This document shows positions 28,925 to 39,297 of a stretch of DNA of 64,000 nucleotides, piece by piece. Origin of the DNA: a virus (lineage: Duplodnaviria > Heunggongvirae > Uroviricota > Caudoviricetes); the IMG/VR virus record IMGVR_UViG_3300014205_000176; one strand, given 5' to 3'. A program made the position numbers and the translations under genes. Within the stretch, counting starts at the first letter, position 1; each line of letters opens with the position of its first letter. A model generated the notes under the pieces. It did no database searches. It was not told where the DNA came from and saw nothing but the letters and a program-made list of their open reading frames with translations.

Positions 28925-30406
28925 ATGTTCGTTCATAATGTTCGATACGGGTTCGCTACCAACTCCAGCAGCACCCACTCAATTGTTCTAATCAAAAAGG
29001 GAGTGAGGGTACGTGACGATTCCGAGGATCAGGAATTCGGATGGAACTTCTTTACCTGCGCTAGCGAAGAGGCCAAGCGTCAGTACCTAGGTCAAGTCGT
29101 AAAGATTAATCTGGCCCATCTTGCCGACCTTGAAGATGAGGATGCGGCCATCATTGCTTCGAAGTGGGCCGGTGTTGAAGTTAATCCTTCTGGATACATC
29201 GATCACCAAAGCATCATAGCTATACCAAGCAATGTTAATTGGGGACGTTACCATCTTCGACGTGATTTCTTTGATGATCTGTTGGCATTCATCCTTCGTA
29301 AAGATGTAGCTATCCTTGGCGGGAATGATAATGAAGAGGACAGGCATCCGCTTATCCGTGATGGTAAGGCCAGGAATGTTCTCAAGAGATATCAATGGGA
29401 TGACGAAGAGATTGGCAGCCCAGTCCTCAATCTAATGCTTGAGAGCGGTAGTAAACATCTTCGTGCCAGATATGATAAGGTAGGTAAGTTCTGGTCTTTA
29501 TTCTGCGGTCGAAGTGGAACAAAGGTTCGTACTTCATTTACAGAAGATGCTAATGCAGATAAGTCTGAAGTGCCTGAGTTGGTAGATGTTAAGATAACAG
29601 ACTATTGCAAACAAGGCTGCTATTACTGCTACCAAGGATCAACTCCAAAAGGCAAACACGCCAGTAAGGAACTTGTCCGCAACGTTGCTTATGCCTTGAA
29701 AGAACTGGAAACTTTCGAGGTGGCCCTGGGTGGTGGTGAGTCAACTGAACACCCAGATCTTTTAGAAATTATAGATGACTTCCATCACATGGGAATTGTT
29801 GTCAACTTAACTACAAGAAATGAAGATTGGGTAATTAATAACCTACCAACAATCAAGGATAAGATTGGCGGTATTGGTCTCAGCGTAGACTCAAGCCATG
29901 GCCTACTTGATAAGCTGGCAAAATTACGAACGCATCTTCCAAATGTCAATTGTGATTCTGGGTTGAAGTTAACTGTGCAGGTAGTAGTGGGGTCTTGTTC
30001 ACAGTATGAGATGGAAGACATCTTAGAGACTTGTAAAACATTCCATCTCACCGTACTACTACTAGGCTGGAAGAATACCCATCGAGGAGCTAGGGCGCGA
30101 AGAGAAGAAGTAAATCTCATTACACTACTTGATCGCTTCTGGAAAACTCATGAAGAGAAAAGCTTCTGGGATGGCCCCTCTGTTTCTTTTGATACTAGTA
30201 TTGTGATTGAGATGAGAGAATGGCTTGAGGTTAATGGAGATAGGTGGAGATTCACTACTCGTGAAGGTGCCCACTCAATGTACATCGATTGTGTTAGCGA
30301 GACGATGCACAAGTCATCATACGAAGCAGAAGCATCAGGGGCTGTACTTAATCATAATCAGCTGGAAATGTCAGTTAATATCAAAAATTACTTCTCTACT
30401 CTGTAG
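28925..30406 (+). CDS. radical SAM domain protein
   Basis: CX3CX2C cluster 'CKQGCYYC' followed by 'ALGGGEST' glycine-rich SAM motif; about 200-aa N-terminal extension of unknown function. Confidence 0.55.
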   Translation: MFVHNVRYGFATNSSSTHSIVLIKKGVRVRDDSEDQEFGWNFFTCASEEAKRQYLGQVVKINLAHLADLEDEDAAIIASKWAGVEVNPSGYIDHQSIIAIPSNVNWGRYHLRRDFFDDLLAFILRKDVAILGGNDNEEDRHPLIRDGKARNVLKRYQWDDEEIGSPVLNLMLESGSKHLRARYDKVGKFWSLFCGRSGTKVRTSFTEDANADKSEVPELVDVKITDYCKQGCYYCYQGSTPKGKHASKELVRNVAYALKELETFEVALGGGESTEHPDLLEIIDDFHHMGIVVNLTTRNEDWVINNLPTIKDKIGGIGLSVDSSHGLLDKLAKLRTHLPNVNCDSGLKLTVQVVVGSCSQYEMEDILETCKTFHLTVLLLGWKNTHRGARARREEVNLITLLDRFWKTHEEKSFWDGPSVSFDTSIVIEMREWLEVNGDRWRFTTREGAHSMYIDCVSETMHKSSYEAEASGAVLNHNQLEMSVNIKNYFSTL

Positions 30407-30412
30407 GTTATT

Positions 30413-31039
30413 ATGGAACAATTTTTAGCATGGTACAATTTGATATTCTACCTCCCATTAGCTATCGGAGTGTTGTTCGCTTTGGGGGCTGGTATTGATT
30501 TAGGTCATGATGTAGAGTTACATGGTGATGTCGATGTACATGCTGACCATGATGCTGAGCATGACCACGATGGCGATGGTGAGACACACGGTATCTTGGG
30601 GTTCTTGGGAATTGGAAAGGTTCCTTTAGCAATATCAATGATGGCTTTGTTCTTGATATTCGCCGGCACTGGTTTGATAGCTAACATCATCTTTGGGTTC
30701 CTGATAAAAGCCTGGAGTGGTTTTGCGCTTATATCAGTCGGAGCTGCAGTGGTTGTTTCATTCTTTGGTACGGCCTTTGTTAGCCGTACTGTAGCGCGAT
30801 GGATGCCAACTACAGAGACTGATTCAGTTACAAAGCATGACTTACTTGGCTGTTCCGGAAAAGTTATACTTGAGTGCTCTCCGAAAGGGATTGCTCAAAT
30901 TCACAATAGGAAGGGGGATATGTTTCAGATTCAATGTAAGTCTGATCAGCCCCTGGAATATGGAGCCAAGATAATCACAATAGACTACGATTCTGCATCG
31001 GATTACTTCACGGTAGAACTTGATCCAACAGTTGGATAA
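30413..31039 (+). CDS. NfeD-like membrane protein (C-terminal OB-fold); partner of the SPFH/flotillin protein
   Basis: Multiple TM helices, His/Asp-rich loop, C-terminal 'GKVILECSPKGIAQIHNRKGDMFQIQ' OB-fold-like segment; immediately upstream of the flotillin gene. Confidence 0.5.
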   Translation: MEQFLAWYNLIFYLPLAIGVLFALGAGIDLGHDVELHGDVDVHADHDAEHDHDGDGETHGILGFLGIGKVPLAISMMALFLIFAGTGLIANIIFGFLIKAWSGFALISVGAAVVVSFFGTAFVSRTVARWMPTTETDSVTKHDLLGCSGKVILECSPKGIAQIHNRKGDMFQIQCKSDQPLEYGAKIITIDYDSASDYFTVELDPTVG

Positions 31040-31054
31040 GAAGGGACATTTTCA

Positions 31055-32965
31055 ATGAGTTTGTTTTTCCTATTGCTATTCGCAATTATTCTCATCGCTG
31101 CGCCAATTGCCATCAGCGCGTTCACTCACATTCATGTCAGCGGGCTATCATCTGTAATGATGACAGGTGTGGGAATCCTGTTGTTATTGGTGTGTGCAAT
31201 CCTCATTACCATCACCAAACTCTACGTTCGAACAAAGGCCAGTGAAGCGTTCGTTCGCACTGGTATGGGTGGCCTGAAGGTCATTCGAGATGGCGGCTCT
31301 CTGGTGCTCCCAGTGGTTCACCAAATCGTTAAGGTATCTCTGGAAACTATCAAGCTCGAAGTCTTGAGAGTTGCGGCGGATGCACTCATCACCAGCGACA
31401 AACTAAGGGCAGATATCAAGGCCGAGTTCTTCGTTCGAATTCAACCAGAAGATACGGCAATCCAAGCCGCAGCACGTTCTCTTGGTGACAAGGTTAGTGA
31501 GGAGAACTCAACGAAGGGCAGCAACTACAAGCAGAGTGTCATCGCCTTACTTGAAGACAAGCTCATCTCTGCCCTACGAACAAGCGCAGCATGCAAGACA
31601 CTTGAGCAACTCAACAGCGAACGCAATGAGTTCCTCAAGGAAGTGACGCAGTTGGTGACAGACGATCTGAAGCACAACGGATTCTTGCTTGAGACGGTTA
31701 CCATTTCGCGCCTTGACCAAACCGATGTATCAAATCTCAAGGAGAGCAACATCTTCGACGCACAGGGCGCGCGAACCATCGCAGAGATCACGCAGCGTAA
31801 CTTGACTGAGAAGAACAAGATCCTTCGTGAAGGTGATCAGGCTCGTACTGCTCAGGACGTTCAGACTCGTACAGCTGTTCTTGAGTTGGAACGAAAGCGT
31901 GCGGAGGCTGAGGCAACGCAGGCTGCTGCAATTGCTACCATCACAGCCGAACAAGATCGCGTCACCAAAGAGAAGCAGATGGCGGCTCAGCTATCTGTCG
32001 ATGTTGCAACTGCTGACAACGCAAAGCAAACGGAAGTTGCCCGCATCAACCAGAAGCAGGCAATTGAAGTTTCTCAACGTGCGCAAATAGAAGCAATCGT
32101 TGAAGCTGATAAAAAAGTTGAAATCGCCAAGCGAAATCAGCTCAAGGCAATTGCTGATTCAGATGCCGAGAAGGCCCAAGCAGAAGCTAAGTTGGCAGAT
32201 GCAGAAGCTGACCGCGCGAAGGCTCGACAGAACATTGTCACTGTTGAATTGGTAGCTGCTGCAGATCGTGAGCGGCAGAAGACCATCATCGAAGCTCAAG
32301 CTATTGCAGAACGTAACTACGTAACTGCACAGAAGGCAGCTGATGGTGACGCCTATCGAATCAAGGTGGAAGCCGATGCTAAGAAGGCTAGTGCGGATGC
32401 TGAGGCAGAAGCCACCACGAAGAAGGCAACTGCAGAGGCCACTGCAAACCAACGCCGAGCCGAAGGTAACAAGGCTCTGTTGGTGGCGGAAGCTGAAGGT
32501 GCTCAAGCCAAGGCGCTCGCCGAAGCTGCAGGCCAGAAAGCTTTGGCCATGGTACCGGTCGAAGTCAACGCACGCCAAGTGGAAGTTGATCAGCAACGAG
32601 TCCAGGAAGTCTTGGTGCCTGAGTTGAAGGCTCGTGCAGAGAACGGTGAAGCTGCCCAAAACTTCGAGCTTGCCAAGTTCCGCATCGAACAAGAAGCTCG
32701 TGTTCGCATCGAAGCCGCTCATGCCACAGCTCAGTTCTATGGCAAGATCCAAGCTAACGTCTATGGTACTCCGGAAGATGTAGCTAAGATGAGCGAGACA
32801 TTCACGAAGGGTATGGGTCTTTCGCAAATGTTCGGTGGTTTCATGGCTGGGGCTGATGGTTCCACCGTCGAAACCGTGCAGAAGATCATGGGTGCAGTGG
32901 ATGGTTTGGCCACGGCAGCTGCGAACAAGCTGTCTGGAAAAGGCTCAGCTTCAGACGCAGAATAA
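31055..32965 (+). CDS. flotillin-like SPFH (band 7) domain protein with long Ala/Glu-rich coiled coil
   Basis: N-terminal TM helices, SPFH core ('FVRTGMGGLKVIRDGGSLVLPVVHQIVKVSLETIKLEV...ITSDKLRADIKAEFFVRI'), then EA-rich repeats as in FloT/YuaG. Confidence 0.7.
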   Translation: MSLFFLLLFAIILIAAPIAISAFTHIHVSGLSSVMMTGVGILLLLVCAILITITKLYVRTKASEAFVRTGMGGLKVIRDGGSLVLPVVHQIVKVSLETIKLEVLRVAADALITSDKLRADIKAEFFVRIQPEDTAIQAAARSLGDKVSEENSTKGSNYKQSVIALLEDKLISALRTSAACKTLEQLNSERNEFLKEVTQLVTDDLKHNGFLLETVTISRLDQTDVSNLKESNIFDAQGARTIAEITQRNLTEKNKILREGDQARTAQDVQTRTAVLELERKRAEAEATQAAAIATITAEQDRVTKEKQMAAQLSVDVATADNAKQTEVARINQKQAIEVSQRAQIEAIVEADKKVEIAKRNQLKAIADSDAEKAQAEAKLADAEADRAKARQNIVTVELVAAADRERQKTIIEAQAIAERNYVTAQKAADGDAYRIKVEADAKKASADAEAEATTKKATAEATANQRRAEGNKALLVAEAEGAQAKALAEAAGQKALAMVPVEVNARQVEVDQQRVQEVLVPELKARAENGEAAQNFELAKFRIEQEARVRIEAAHATAQFYGKIQANVYGTPEDVAKMSETFTKGMGLSQMFGGFMAGADGSTVETVQKIMGAVDGLATAAANKLSGKGSASDAE

Positions 32966-33020
32966 TCGCGAAACCTATCGATAGCTGCAGCTATTCCAAA
33001 GCTGTGGTGCGATTAGGCGA

Positions 33021-33425
33021 ATGAAGAAAAGGAACCGTGTGGCCCCCGAGCGGTTGAGATTCGGGGGCGCTTCTATGACAAAGAAGAAGTGCATAGAAAG
33101 ATGGCTCGCCAACAACCCTGTCAATCAGCAGGTTATCGTTAAATTGTTGGGTAGCGAAGATGGAAGGTTAACTATTGCGTGTAGTTTATTGAACCCACTT
33201 AATAGACGTATTGCATATCTAAGAGATAAGCTTGAGTCTGGAAGATGTTTGTTGGGTTATAAAACTTGTCTAGAAGATATAGCTAGTAACTTGGATAATA
33301 CAATTTCTTATCTTGAAGAGTTTTTGGCCATACTATATAAAAGAGAATTGAGCCGCCCATTGATAAAGCAACTGCGGTCAATTTTAGAAGAGGCTAAGCA
33401 GTTCAAGTCTGGGTTGCCACAATGA
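33021..33425 (+). CDS. hypothetical alpha-helical protein
   Basis: 134-aa ORF immediately upstream of the cas block. Confidence 0.35.
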   Translation: MKKRNRVAPERLRFGGASMTKKKCIERWLANNPVNQQVIVKLLGSEDGRLTIACSLLNPLNRRIAYLRDKLESGRCLLGYKTCLEDIASNLDNTISYLEEFLAILYKRELSRPLIKQLRSILEEAKQFKSGLPQ

Positions 33426-33922
33426 TAGATAATCACATTCAACTCTGTGCCGAACAACTTCCAGAAAGCTCTCGTCCAGAGTTCATTCGATATGTGAATG
33501 ATCTATTAGATAAAGACCAATGGTACGGTATAGGCCCTGATTTCTTGGGCTTCATGGATGATTACGTTTCGTTGAGAGATTTGATCGAGCGGCATATTGT
33601 CGAGCCCTCTGATGGAATTATCAGCTGGAAAGAGTCGAACTTCATCATCTACGACGTTGGATGCGCCACAGCAATACAACATGTCTTCTTTGGTAAATGT
33701 AAAGGCTATGTAGGAATTAGTCCTCCAGGGCCACCTATTCCACAGTTCTTCTTACCAAGATGTAGTTTTTATAGTGGGTATCTATCCGAGGTTGTAGATG
33801 AGATGGATATCGATTACGAGAACTCTTTCGGCATAGCCAATATGTCCATCCTGTATGACCGGCGCGAGAGTGATGAACTGGAAATATTCAATAGAGTTTT
33901 CAAGCGAAAGTTTATCATATGA
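33422..33922 (+). CDS. hypothetical protein
   Basis: 166-aa ORF. Confidence 0.4.
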   Translation: MIDNHIQLCAEQLPESSRPEFIRYVNDLLDKDQWYGIGPDFLGFMDDYVSLRDLIERHIVEPSDGIISWKESNFIIYDVGCATAIQHVFFGKCKGYVGISPPGPPIPQFFLPRCSFYSGYLSEVVDEMDIDYENSFGIANMSILYDRRESDELEIFNRVFKRKFII

Positions 33923-33934
33923 AGGGAGCTACAG

Positions 33935-34390
33935 ATGGAACCTGAAGCTTACGTTACTGAGGTTGATGGGAAGTTAGTCTTGGTTGATCCAATGGCCTGT
34001 GCTATGATTGACGCTATCACCCAGCACAACAAAAGCCTTTGCCGCAGCACCCTCGAACTACAACTGGATCGGGCTAAGCATTTCGCTCGAAGGGTCCGGG
34101 AGTTGGGTCGGCGGCCATCCGAAGTGGTTATCGTGCTGCTCAACGTTGACGATCCTCAGGGCGGCGCAGTGGCAGACATCCTGATGCCCGGCCACGATTG
34201 GCAACAGTTCCGTGATCGTGGGGAGGTTCCGTTCGCGCGTGGGCTTGCCGGACGTGAGGGGCTTCAGGGAATCTTGGATGAACTTGACCCGCTGGAAGGC
34301 CAGAAGCTACGAGAGGCATGGATGGTCAACACTGTGGTTGTAATGGACCACGGCGCGGTTGAGGTGTTCAAAGAGGGAGAGGATTTTTAG
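33935..34390 (+). CDS. hypothetical protein
   Basis: 151-aa ORF ending 1 nt before the cas3 start. Confidence 0.4.
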   Translation: MEPEAYVTEVDGKLVLVDPMACAMIDAITQHNKSLCRSTLELQLDRAKHFARRVRELGRRPSEVVIVLLNVDDPQGGAVADILMPGHDWQQFRDRGEVPFARGLAGREGLQGILDELDPLEGQKLREAWMVNTVVVMDHGAVEVFKEGEDF

Positions 34391-34391
34391 T

Positions 34392-36737
34392 ATGCTAGCT
34401 AATTCAGACCACAGACAAGAACTTACAAAACACTGCGTTGGTGCGATGATGTTAGCTATGCATTGCGCCAAGCACCTTGGGATTTCCGATGACGATCTAA
34501 TCAACGTGATTGGTTTGTCGGCATTCCTTCATGACATTGGGAAGTGTACCGTATATTTTAACAACATTTCCTTGGCTAGTGACTATAGCGAGGAGAATAA
34601 ACAGAAGCATTATCCTAAATACTCTGGACAGCATGAATATCCAAGGCACAATGAGATTTCATGGGTATATGCGACATTTCATGCAAAGGCCAAGGGTCGT
34701 GGTGTTCGGTTCAAAGACATCGGGCCGCAGGCGATCTATTGGCATCACGGTACGTTGCTGAATTCGTACGAGATTTTAGATCAAACCTCTCCTAGAAACA
34801 CACACACCGTCATTGGCGAGCTGAAACTATTCGATGAAAACGAATGGACGAAGATATCAGAGACAATTGATGGTATTCTGAAGTCTGTTCAGTTCCCATT
34901 TGATGTCACCAAGTACCTAGAGGATGACGTTGATGACGAACCTCGCAATATTCCAAGGTTGTTTACCGATGATGGTGATGAAAGTAGCCTGACCAACGCT
35001 CATCGCATGATTGCCAGGAGTTGCGTTATCTTCTCCGACCACATTGTATCCAAGCTATCGATAGAAGAGCTGGATGACCTGATTGAAAATAGTGCTGATT
35101 CATACTTCCCTAAGGGAAGGGATATAAGGTACGAAAATTTTCAATGTCCAATCACATATGACCAGGAACGATTTCAGATTCAAAAGGACATTGTAAACTC
35201 TTGTGAACGAACGACATTAGTAAAAGGTTCTGCGGGATTTGGTAAGTCGCTGGTTGGTTTGATGTGGGGAGCCCAGAAGTCCGGACCGGTGTATTGGGTA
35301 TGCCCAAGAAATGCAGTTGCTGAAGGTGTATATTTAAATCTATTGAAGGAGATTGATATCCTTGGACTTGGTACAATCTCCATTGAACTGTACCACGCAG
35401 GAGAGCGTAAAGCTACCAACTCACCAAGTGTACCAGATTGTGGTTGTGACATTGTGGTAACCAATATTGACAACCTTCTATCGCCAATGGTTGATTCAAA
35501 ATCGATTGCGAGGTTGTTTGATGTTACAGCTCGCAATGTGGTGCTTGATGAGTTTCATGAATTCCTTAATGATGAGGCTTTGTTTGGGGCGTTTGTCATC
35601 TATATGAGGGCGCGCAATCTGGTATGTGCGAACAGTCATACACTGCTACTCTCAGCTACCCCATCGATAATGCATAAATTCTGGGAAGGTGAAGGTAACT
35701 CTAGAAGGACAAAAATCCTTCCAAATCCAACTGAACATTATCTAGCACAGCATAAGAAGCTTTACAAGATATCTTTCGATGAAGACTTTGTTGAACACCC
35801 AATTGGTGGCTCTTTGACAATGTACTCATCGATCAGAAATGTTCAAGGGTGCTACGGCAACGGATACACTAGCATCGTTCATAGTAACTACGGAGAACCA
35901 GATCGCCATGCGATAATGAATGGAATTCTTAAGTCATTTGGGAAGGGTGGTGATAAGAATGGCACTGTGGTTTCAGCGCCGATTCTACAGGCCGCTCTTG
36001 ACATCAGCTTCAGAGGGCTATTCAAAACCATAGAATCACCAGAATCCGATATACAAACTTTCGGAAGAATCAACCGATGGGGAGAACAAGACGGTGTATG
36101 TGAACTCGTCATGCTTAAACTTAGGAGTAATAAAGGTGAGAGGTCGGCCATCAGCGAACGGTACAGCTGTCATCTATCGGATCTTTGGAGCCGTATGTTA
36201 GAGGGCGAGGCATCCGAACCAGTTGATTTGGATTTCCTATACCGATTGTATAACAAATTCAATAAGGTTTACAACGATGAGCTAGTTGCGTTTATTAAAA
36301 ATAAGTATCTGATATCAATTGATAAGTTGAAGACATTCTTCCCAAGGGCGCGCAAACATCAGAGTGGCAAGAGTAAAGTTGTAACTGCCAAGACGCTGAG
36401 GAATAGTTCGAGTTCGTGTTTTATTGTGGTGAAAAACAGAACAACTGGAGTTTGGTGCCCTTTCACATTCAATATTCAAGACATCGAACTGAAGGATCTG
36501 ATTGCTGATAATAGAAGAAGAATAGAATCTTCTACATTGAAAACGGTATGGGAATCGTTAGAGGCCACAGGTGAGTTTGACTATGCCGAACTAACGAAAA
36601 TGTTCTTTGGTAAGAAGAAACCAAAGAGGCTAACGGTTGAAAACCTGAAGCCATTTGCTCGTTGTGGAGAAACACCACTACCAATCTTTACGTGGTACTA
36701 CGATGCAACGCTTGGTCTCGTCAAAGCGCGAGTGTGA
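34392..36737 (+). CDS. cas3: Cas3 (HD nuclease fused to SF2 helicase)
   Basis: HD motifs 'AMHCAKH...FLHDIGK'; helicase motif I 'GSAGFGKS', motif II 'VVLDEFHEF' (DExH), motif III 'LLSATP'; 781 aa from the ATG after the upstream stop. Confidence 0.8.
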   Translation: MLANSDHRQELTKHCVGAMMLAMHCAKHLGISDDDLINVIGLSAFLHDIGKCTVYFNNISLASDYSEENKQKHYPKYSGQHEYPRHNEISWVYATFHAKAKGRGVRFKDIGPQAIYWHHGTLLNSYEILDQTSPRNTHTVIGELKLFDENEWTKISETIDGILKSVQFPFDVTKYLEDDVDDEPRNIPRLFTDDGDESSLTNAHRMIARSCVIFSDHIVSKLSIEELDDLIENSADSYFPKGRDIRYENFQCPITYDQERFQIQKDIVNSCERTTLVKGSAGFGKSLVGLMWGAQKSGPVYWVCPRNAVAEGVYLNLLKEIDILGLGTISIELYHAGERKATNSPSVPDCGCDIVVTNIDNLLSPMVDSKSIARLFDVTARNVVLDEFHEFLNDEALFGAFVIYMRARNLVCANSHTLLLSATPSIMHKFWEGEGNSRRTKILPNPTEHYLAQHKKLYKISFDEDFVEHPIGGSLTMYSSIRNVQGCYGNGYTSIVHSNYGEPDRHAIMNGILKSFGKGGDKNGTVVSAPILQAALDISFRGLFKTIESPESDIQTFGRINRWGEQDGVCELVMLKLRSNKGERSAISERYSCHLSDLWSRMLEGEASEPVDLDFLYRLYNKFNKVYNDELVAFIKNKYLISIDKLKTFFPRARKHQSGKSKVVTAKTLRNSSSSCFIVVKNRTTGVWCPFTFNIQDIELKDLIADNRRRIESSTLKTVWESLEATGEFDYAELTKMFFGKKKPKRLTVENLKPFARCGETPLPIFTWYYDATLGLVKARV

Positions 36738-36759
36738 AGAAAGTAACAGATAGGATAAC

Positions 36760-37836
36760 ATGATTAAATCAATTTTCATAAAGGCAGTTATTGAAGGTTC
36801 TGGGATTGTCAACTTCGATTCCAACGACCAACGCTTCATTTGGAACCGACAGCGCAATGTAGAAAGCGTTTGGCACAACAACGTGTCCTTTGGCAAAGGT
36901 CGTTACTATCCAGAGGTGGGGAGTGACGGTGACGATAGGGAATACCTAAAAAAAGTAGGTGTCATATCAGCGGACTGCATTCGTCACAGTATGTATGAGG
37001 ATTGTATGTTCATTCATCTTCCGAATGTCATGCATGATGATGGTTTGTTACTCAGCACGGTGGCTCATCCGGCATTTCTGGAGCGCGGGTATATGTTTGC
37101 TCGTGACAATCGCTCAAGTTGGAAGCGAAAGTCTGCATTTGCATTATCCTATGCCAGGGCAGTGACTAGTTCGGCCCCGATGCTAGAGACATACTCGAAC
37201 AGTCAACCAAAAACTGGCGAGAACAAAACGGAAGACGTGGCAGAAACATCATTCTTCAAGCGAGAAGTTCGAGGCGATACTACCTATGAACTTTCCGGGG
37301 CTATTGATGTGAGCGAGTTGGCATTCATTTCGCTTAGCGATGTCCATGACCGGTTGAGTTTCGACCTAGACTACGCCGCCAGATATCGCGAGCTTCTGAA
37401 AGGGCGGATGGGCTCAGAAATTCCGGAGCCTGCGTTCTTCCAGAAGAATGGTGATGTGTATGATATTCCCGAGTGTGGAATTTTGCTTACGCAGGCACAG
37501 GTCAAATTCCTAACCACGAACATTCTTCGGCGATTGGCGCTATTCAATGTAGTTCGAACTGTTACTGGAAGCGCCAAGACGGCGTCGGTGAGCATCAAGA
37601 TCGTCAGCGACCCTCTGGAGGATTTATTCGGCAATCCAGATGGTTGGGTTGAGATTTTTGATGGTAAAAAATTCGATGTTAGCGCTTTTGATGGCGAGTC
37701 TTTTGCAACGGCCTACACCAAAGTGAAGCTGCAGGAAGAGGCATTACAAAAATGCGATAGTTACAAGAAGAAGTTTGGCTACGAGAAGCCGGTGAAGGAA
37801 GAGAAACCTGCCAAGCCAGCGGCAAAGAAAAAGTAG
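36760..37836 (+). CDS. cas7: Cas7-like backbone subunit
   Basis: N-terminal 'IEGSGIVNFDSNDQ' and 'ISADCIRHSMYED' resemble the conserved Cas7 (I-B/I-C lineage) 'NPNGDP ... TDVCLKRKIR' segments; position between cas3 and cas5. Confidence 0.5.
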   Translation: MIKSIFIKAVIEGSGIVNFDSNDQRFIWNRQRNVESVWHNNVSFGKGRYYPEVGSDGDDREYLKKVGVISADCIRHSMYEDCMFIHLPNVMHDDGLLLSTVAHPAFLERGYMFARDNRSSWKRKSAFALSYARAVTSSAPMLETYSNSQPKTGENKTEDVAETSFFKREVRGDTTYELSGAIDVSELAFISLSDVHDRLSFDLDYAARYRELLKGRMGSEIPEPAFFQKNGDVYDIPECGILLTQAQVKFLTTNILRRLALFNVVRTVTGSAKTASVSIKIVSDPLEDLFGNPDGWVEIFDGKKFDVSAFDGESFATAYTKVKLQEEALQKCDSYKKKFGYEKPVKEEKPAKPAAKKK

Positions 37837-37885
37837 ATCAGTGCCTCCATCAACCTTAATTCCTTGTTTACATGCAGGGGAAATC

Positions 37886-38773
37886 ATGCCGCCATACGAT
37901 TACGCATTAGTGCTCAGGTTTGAGAATGCGGGAATCTTTCCAAAGCGTTGGAAGGATGTAGATGGAACGATGACCAGTAGATCGAAGGATGATCGAATAT
38001 TTATTGGTAAGTCTCGTAATAATAGAGTCCAATCTCAATGGGTTGAGCAACAAGTGAACACGATTCACGCTACATTTATTGAGAATGTGATTAGGGTTTT
38101 GTGTGGTATGCGTCCAATCAGCAGGTACCGTCCAACCTGTGTAAATAGTTATGGTAACTTCGTCGCAATTGCCAAGCGTTCTTTTGTTCATATAGACAAT
38201 GCTACAAAAGAGGATAAGGAAGGGAACGTAGTATATCTAACCGAGAAGATGACTATTAGAAAGTGTATGCATAATAGTTGGTCATATGCTATTCCAAGCT
38301 GGATTAGGTTTAAATACCTTTTACCAGATGAGTTATATGTAGAATTGGTCGTGGTTGCTAGCGATATTTGCGGTGGCAATGCCGAGGAGATGCTGTTTGA
38401 GAAGGTTGCAAACACTCTCTTGAAGAGCAAGGATGCTAGGGTTAATAAGTTGGTGGTTAAGGCTAGGGAAAGTAGATGTGAGCCATTGGCGAAGCTCTTA
38501 GAAGGGAACAAGGATAATGGTTTATATCAGGCTGGCTATCAAGGTCTTGGCCCATACCTCAGGACGCTAGTGACTAAAGGTGTATGCGATGTGATTCGGT
38601 TAGACGGGCGGATTTGCATACCAGTTTTCACCAAAGAGTTGGGTCTGTTTGGTAATGGCAATGGGTGCGCCACTATTTTTGATGGTGGTTTGGTCCGAAT
38701 TGATCGGGTTTGTGACTTGCAGAACACAACGCTTGATATGGTAGTTGCTGGATACCACAAGGCTCAACAATGA
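37886..38773 (+). CDS. cas5: Cas5-like subunit
   Basis: N-terminal 'YALVLRFENAGIFPKRW' matches the Cas5 'hxhxAxxAxFRxP' opening. Start moved to the ATG with AGGGGAAATC RBS; stop overlaps the cas6 start. Confidence 0.45.
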   Translation: MPPYDYALVLRFENAGIFPKRWKDVDGTMTSRSKDDRIFIGKSRNNRVQSQWVEQQVNTIHATFIENVIRVLCGMRPISRYRPTCVNSYGNFVAIAKRSFVHIDNATKEDKEGNVVYLTEKMTIRKCMHNSWSYAIPSWIRFKYLLPDELYVELVVVASDICGGNAEEMLFEKVANTLLKSKDARVNKLVVKARESRCEPLAKLLEGNKDNGLYQAGYQGLGPYLRTLVTKGVCDVIRLDGRICIPVFTKELGLFGNGNGCATIFDGGLVRIDRVCDLQNTTLDMVVAGYHKAQQ

Positions 38774-39297
38774 AAGTCTACATCATTCATCGGGCGTACG
38801 AGGACGGATACAAGAATCATCAAATGGCTAAGGAAATCTTCCCTGGCGATGGTAAGTTGTTGTTCCAAAAGGTTGGCTCTCGGTTGGTAGTGGAAACAGA
38901 TCTGGAAATTGACCCTAAGTTTGCTGATAACTTTGAAATACAATTCGCCAAGACAACCGATCAGGCGTTATCGAGTCTTTCTGGTGACGTACAGTTTGCG
39001 ATTCGGCTCAACGCGGTCAAGTCCAACAAGAGACGAAGGTTTCCGGTTTATCGGGACCGGCTTCATGCTTGGGTAGATGGTAAGTTGTCTGGCATTGGGG
39101 CAGATATTCGGTCCAAGGTGGTCATTGACGAAGGTATGATGGTGAGTGATCGCAAGGGAATGAAATGTTGTCACTCATCAGTGTTTGTGATGGGCTTTTT
39201 GAACGTGACGGATCTTGAAAGATTTGCTAGTGTGGTACATACTGGCATCGGGCACGGGAAGGCTTTTGGTTTTGGTTTGATGAACGTTTTTGGATGA
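38770..39297 (+). CDS. cas6: Cas6 crRNA endoribonuclease
   Basis: C-terminal glycine-rich loop 'GIGHGKAFGFGLMNVFG' (GhGxxxxxGhG); located directly upstream of the CRISPR array. Confidence 0.65.
   Translation: MKVYIIHRAYEDGYKNHQMAKEIFPGDGKLLFQKVGSRLVVETDLEIDPKFADNFEIQFAKTTDQALSSLSGDVQFAIRLNAVKSNKRRRFPVYRDRLHAWVDGKLSGIGADIRSKVVIDEGMMVSDRKGMKCCHSSVFVMGFLNVTDLERFASVVHTGIGHGKAFGFGLMNVFG

Noticed and set aside
32966-33020. Palindrome ATAGCTGCAGCTAT after the flotillin gene as a terminator
   Set aside because: It is a perfect palindrome without a loop or a following U-tract, more likely a restriction-site-like palindrome than an intrinsic terminator.
34392-39297. Classifying the locus as type IV CRISPR-Cas (also lacks adaptation genes and Cas8)
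   Set aside because: Type IV systems lack Cas3. Here an unmistakable HD plus DExH Cas3 heads the operon, and no Csf1/DinG-like gene is present.
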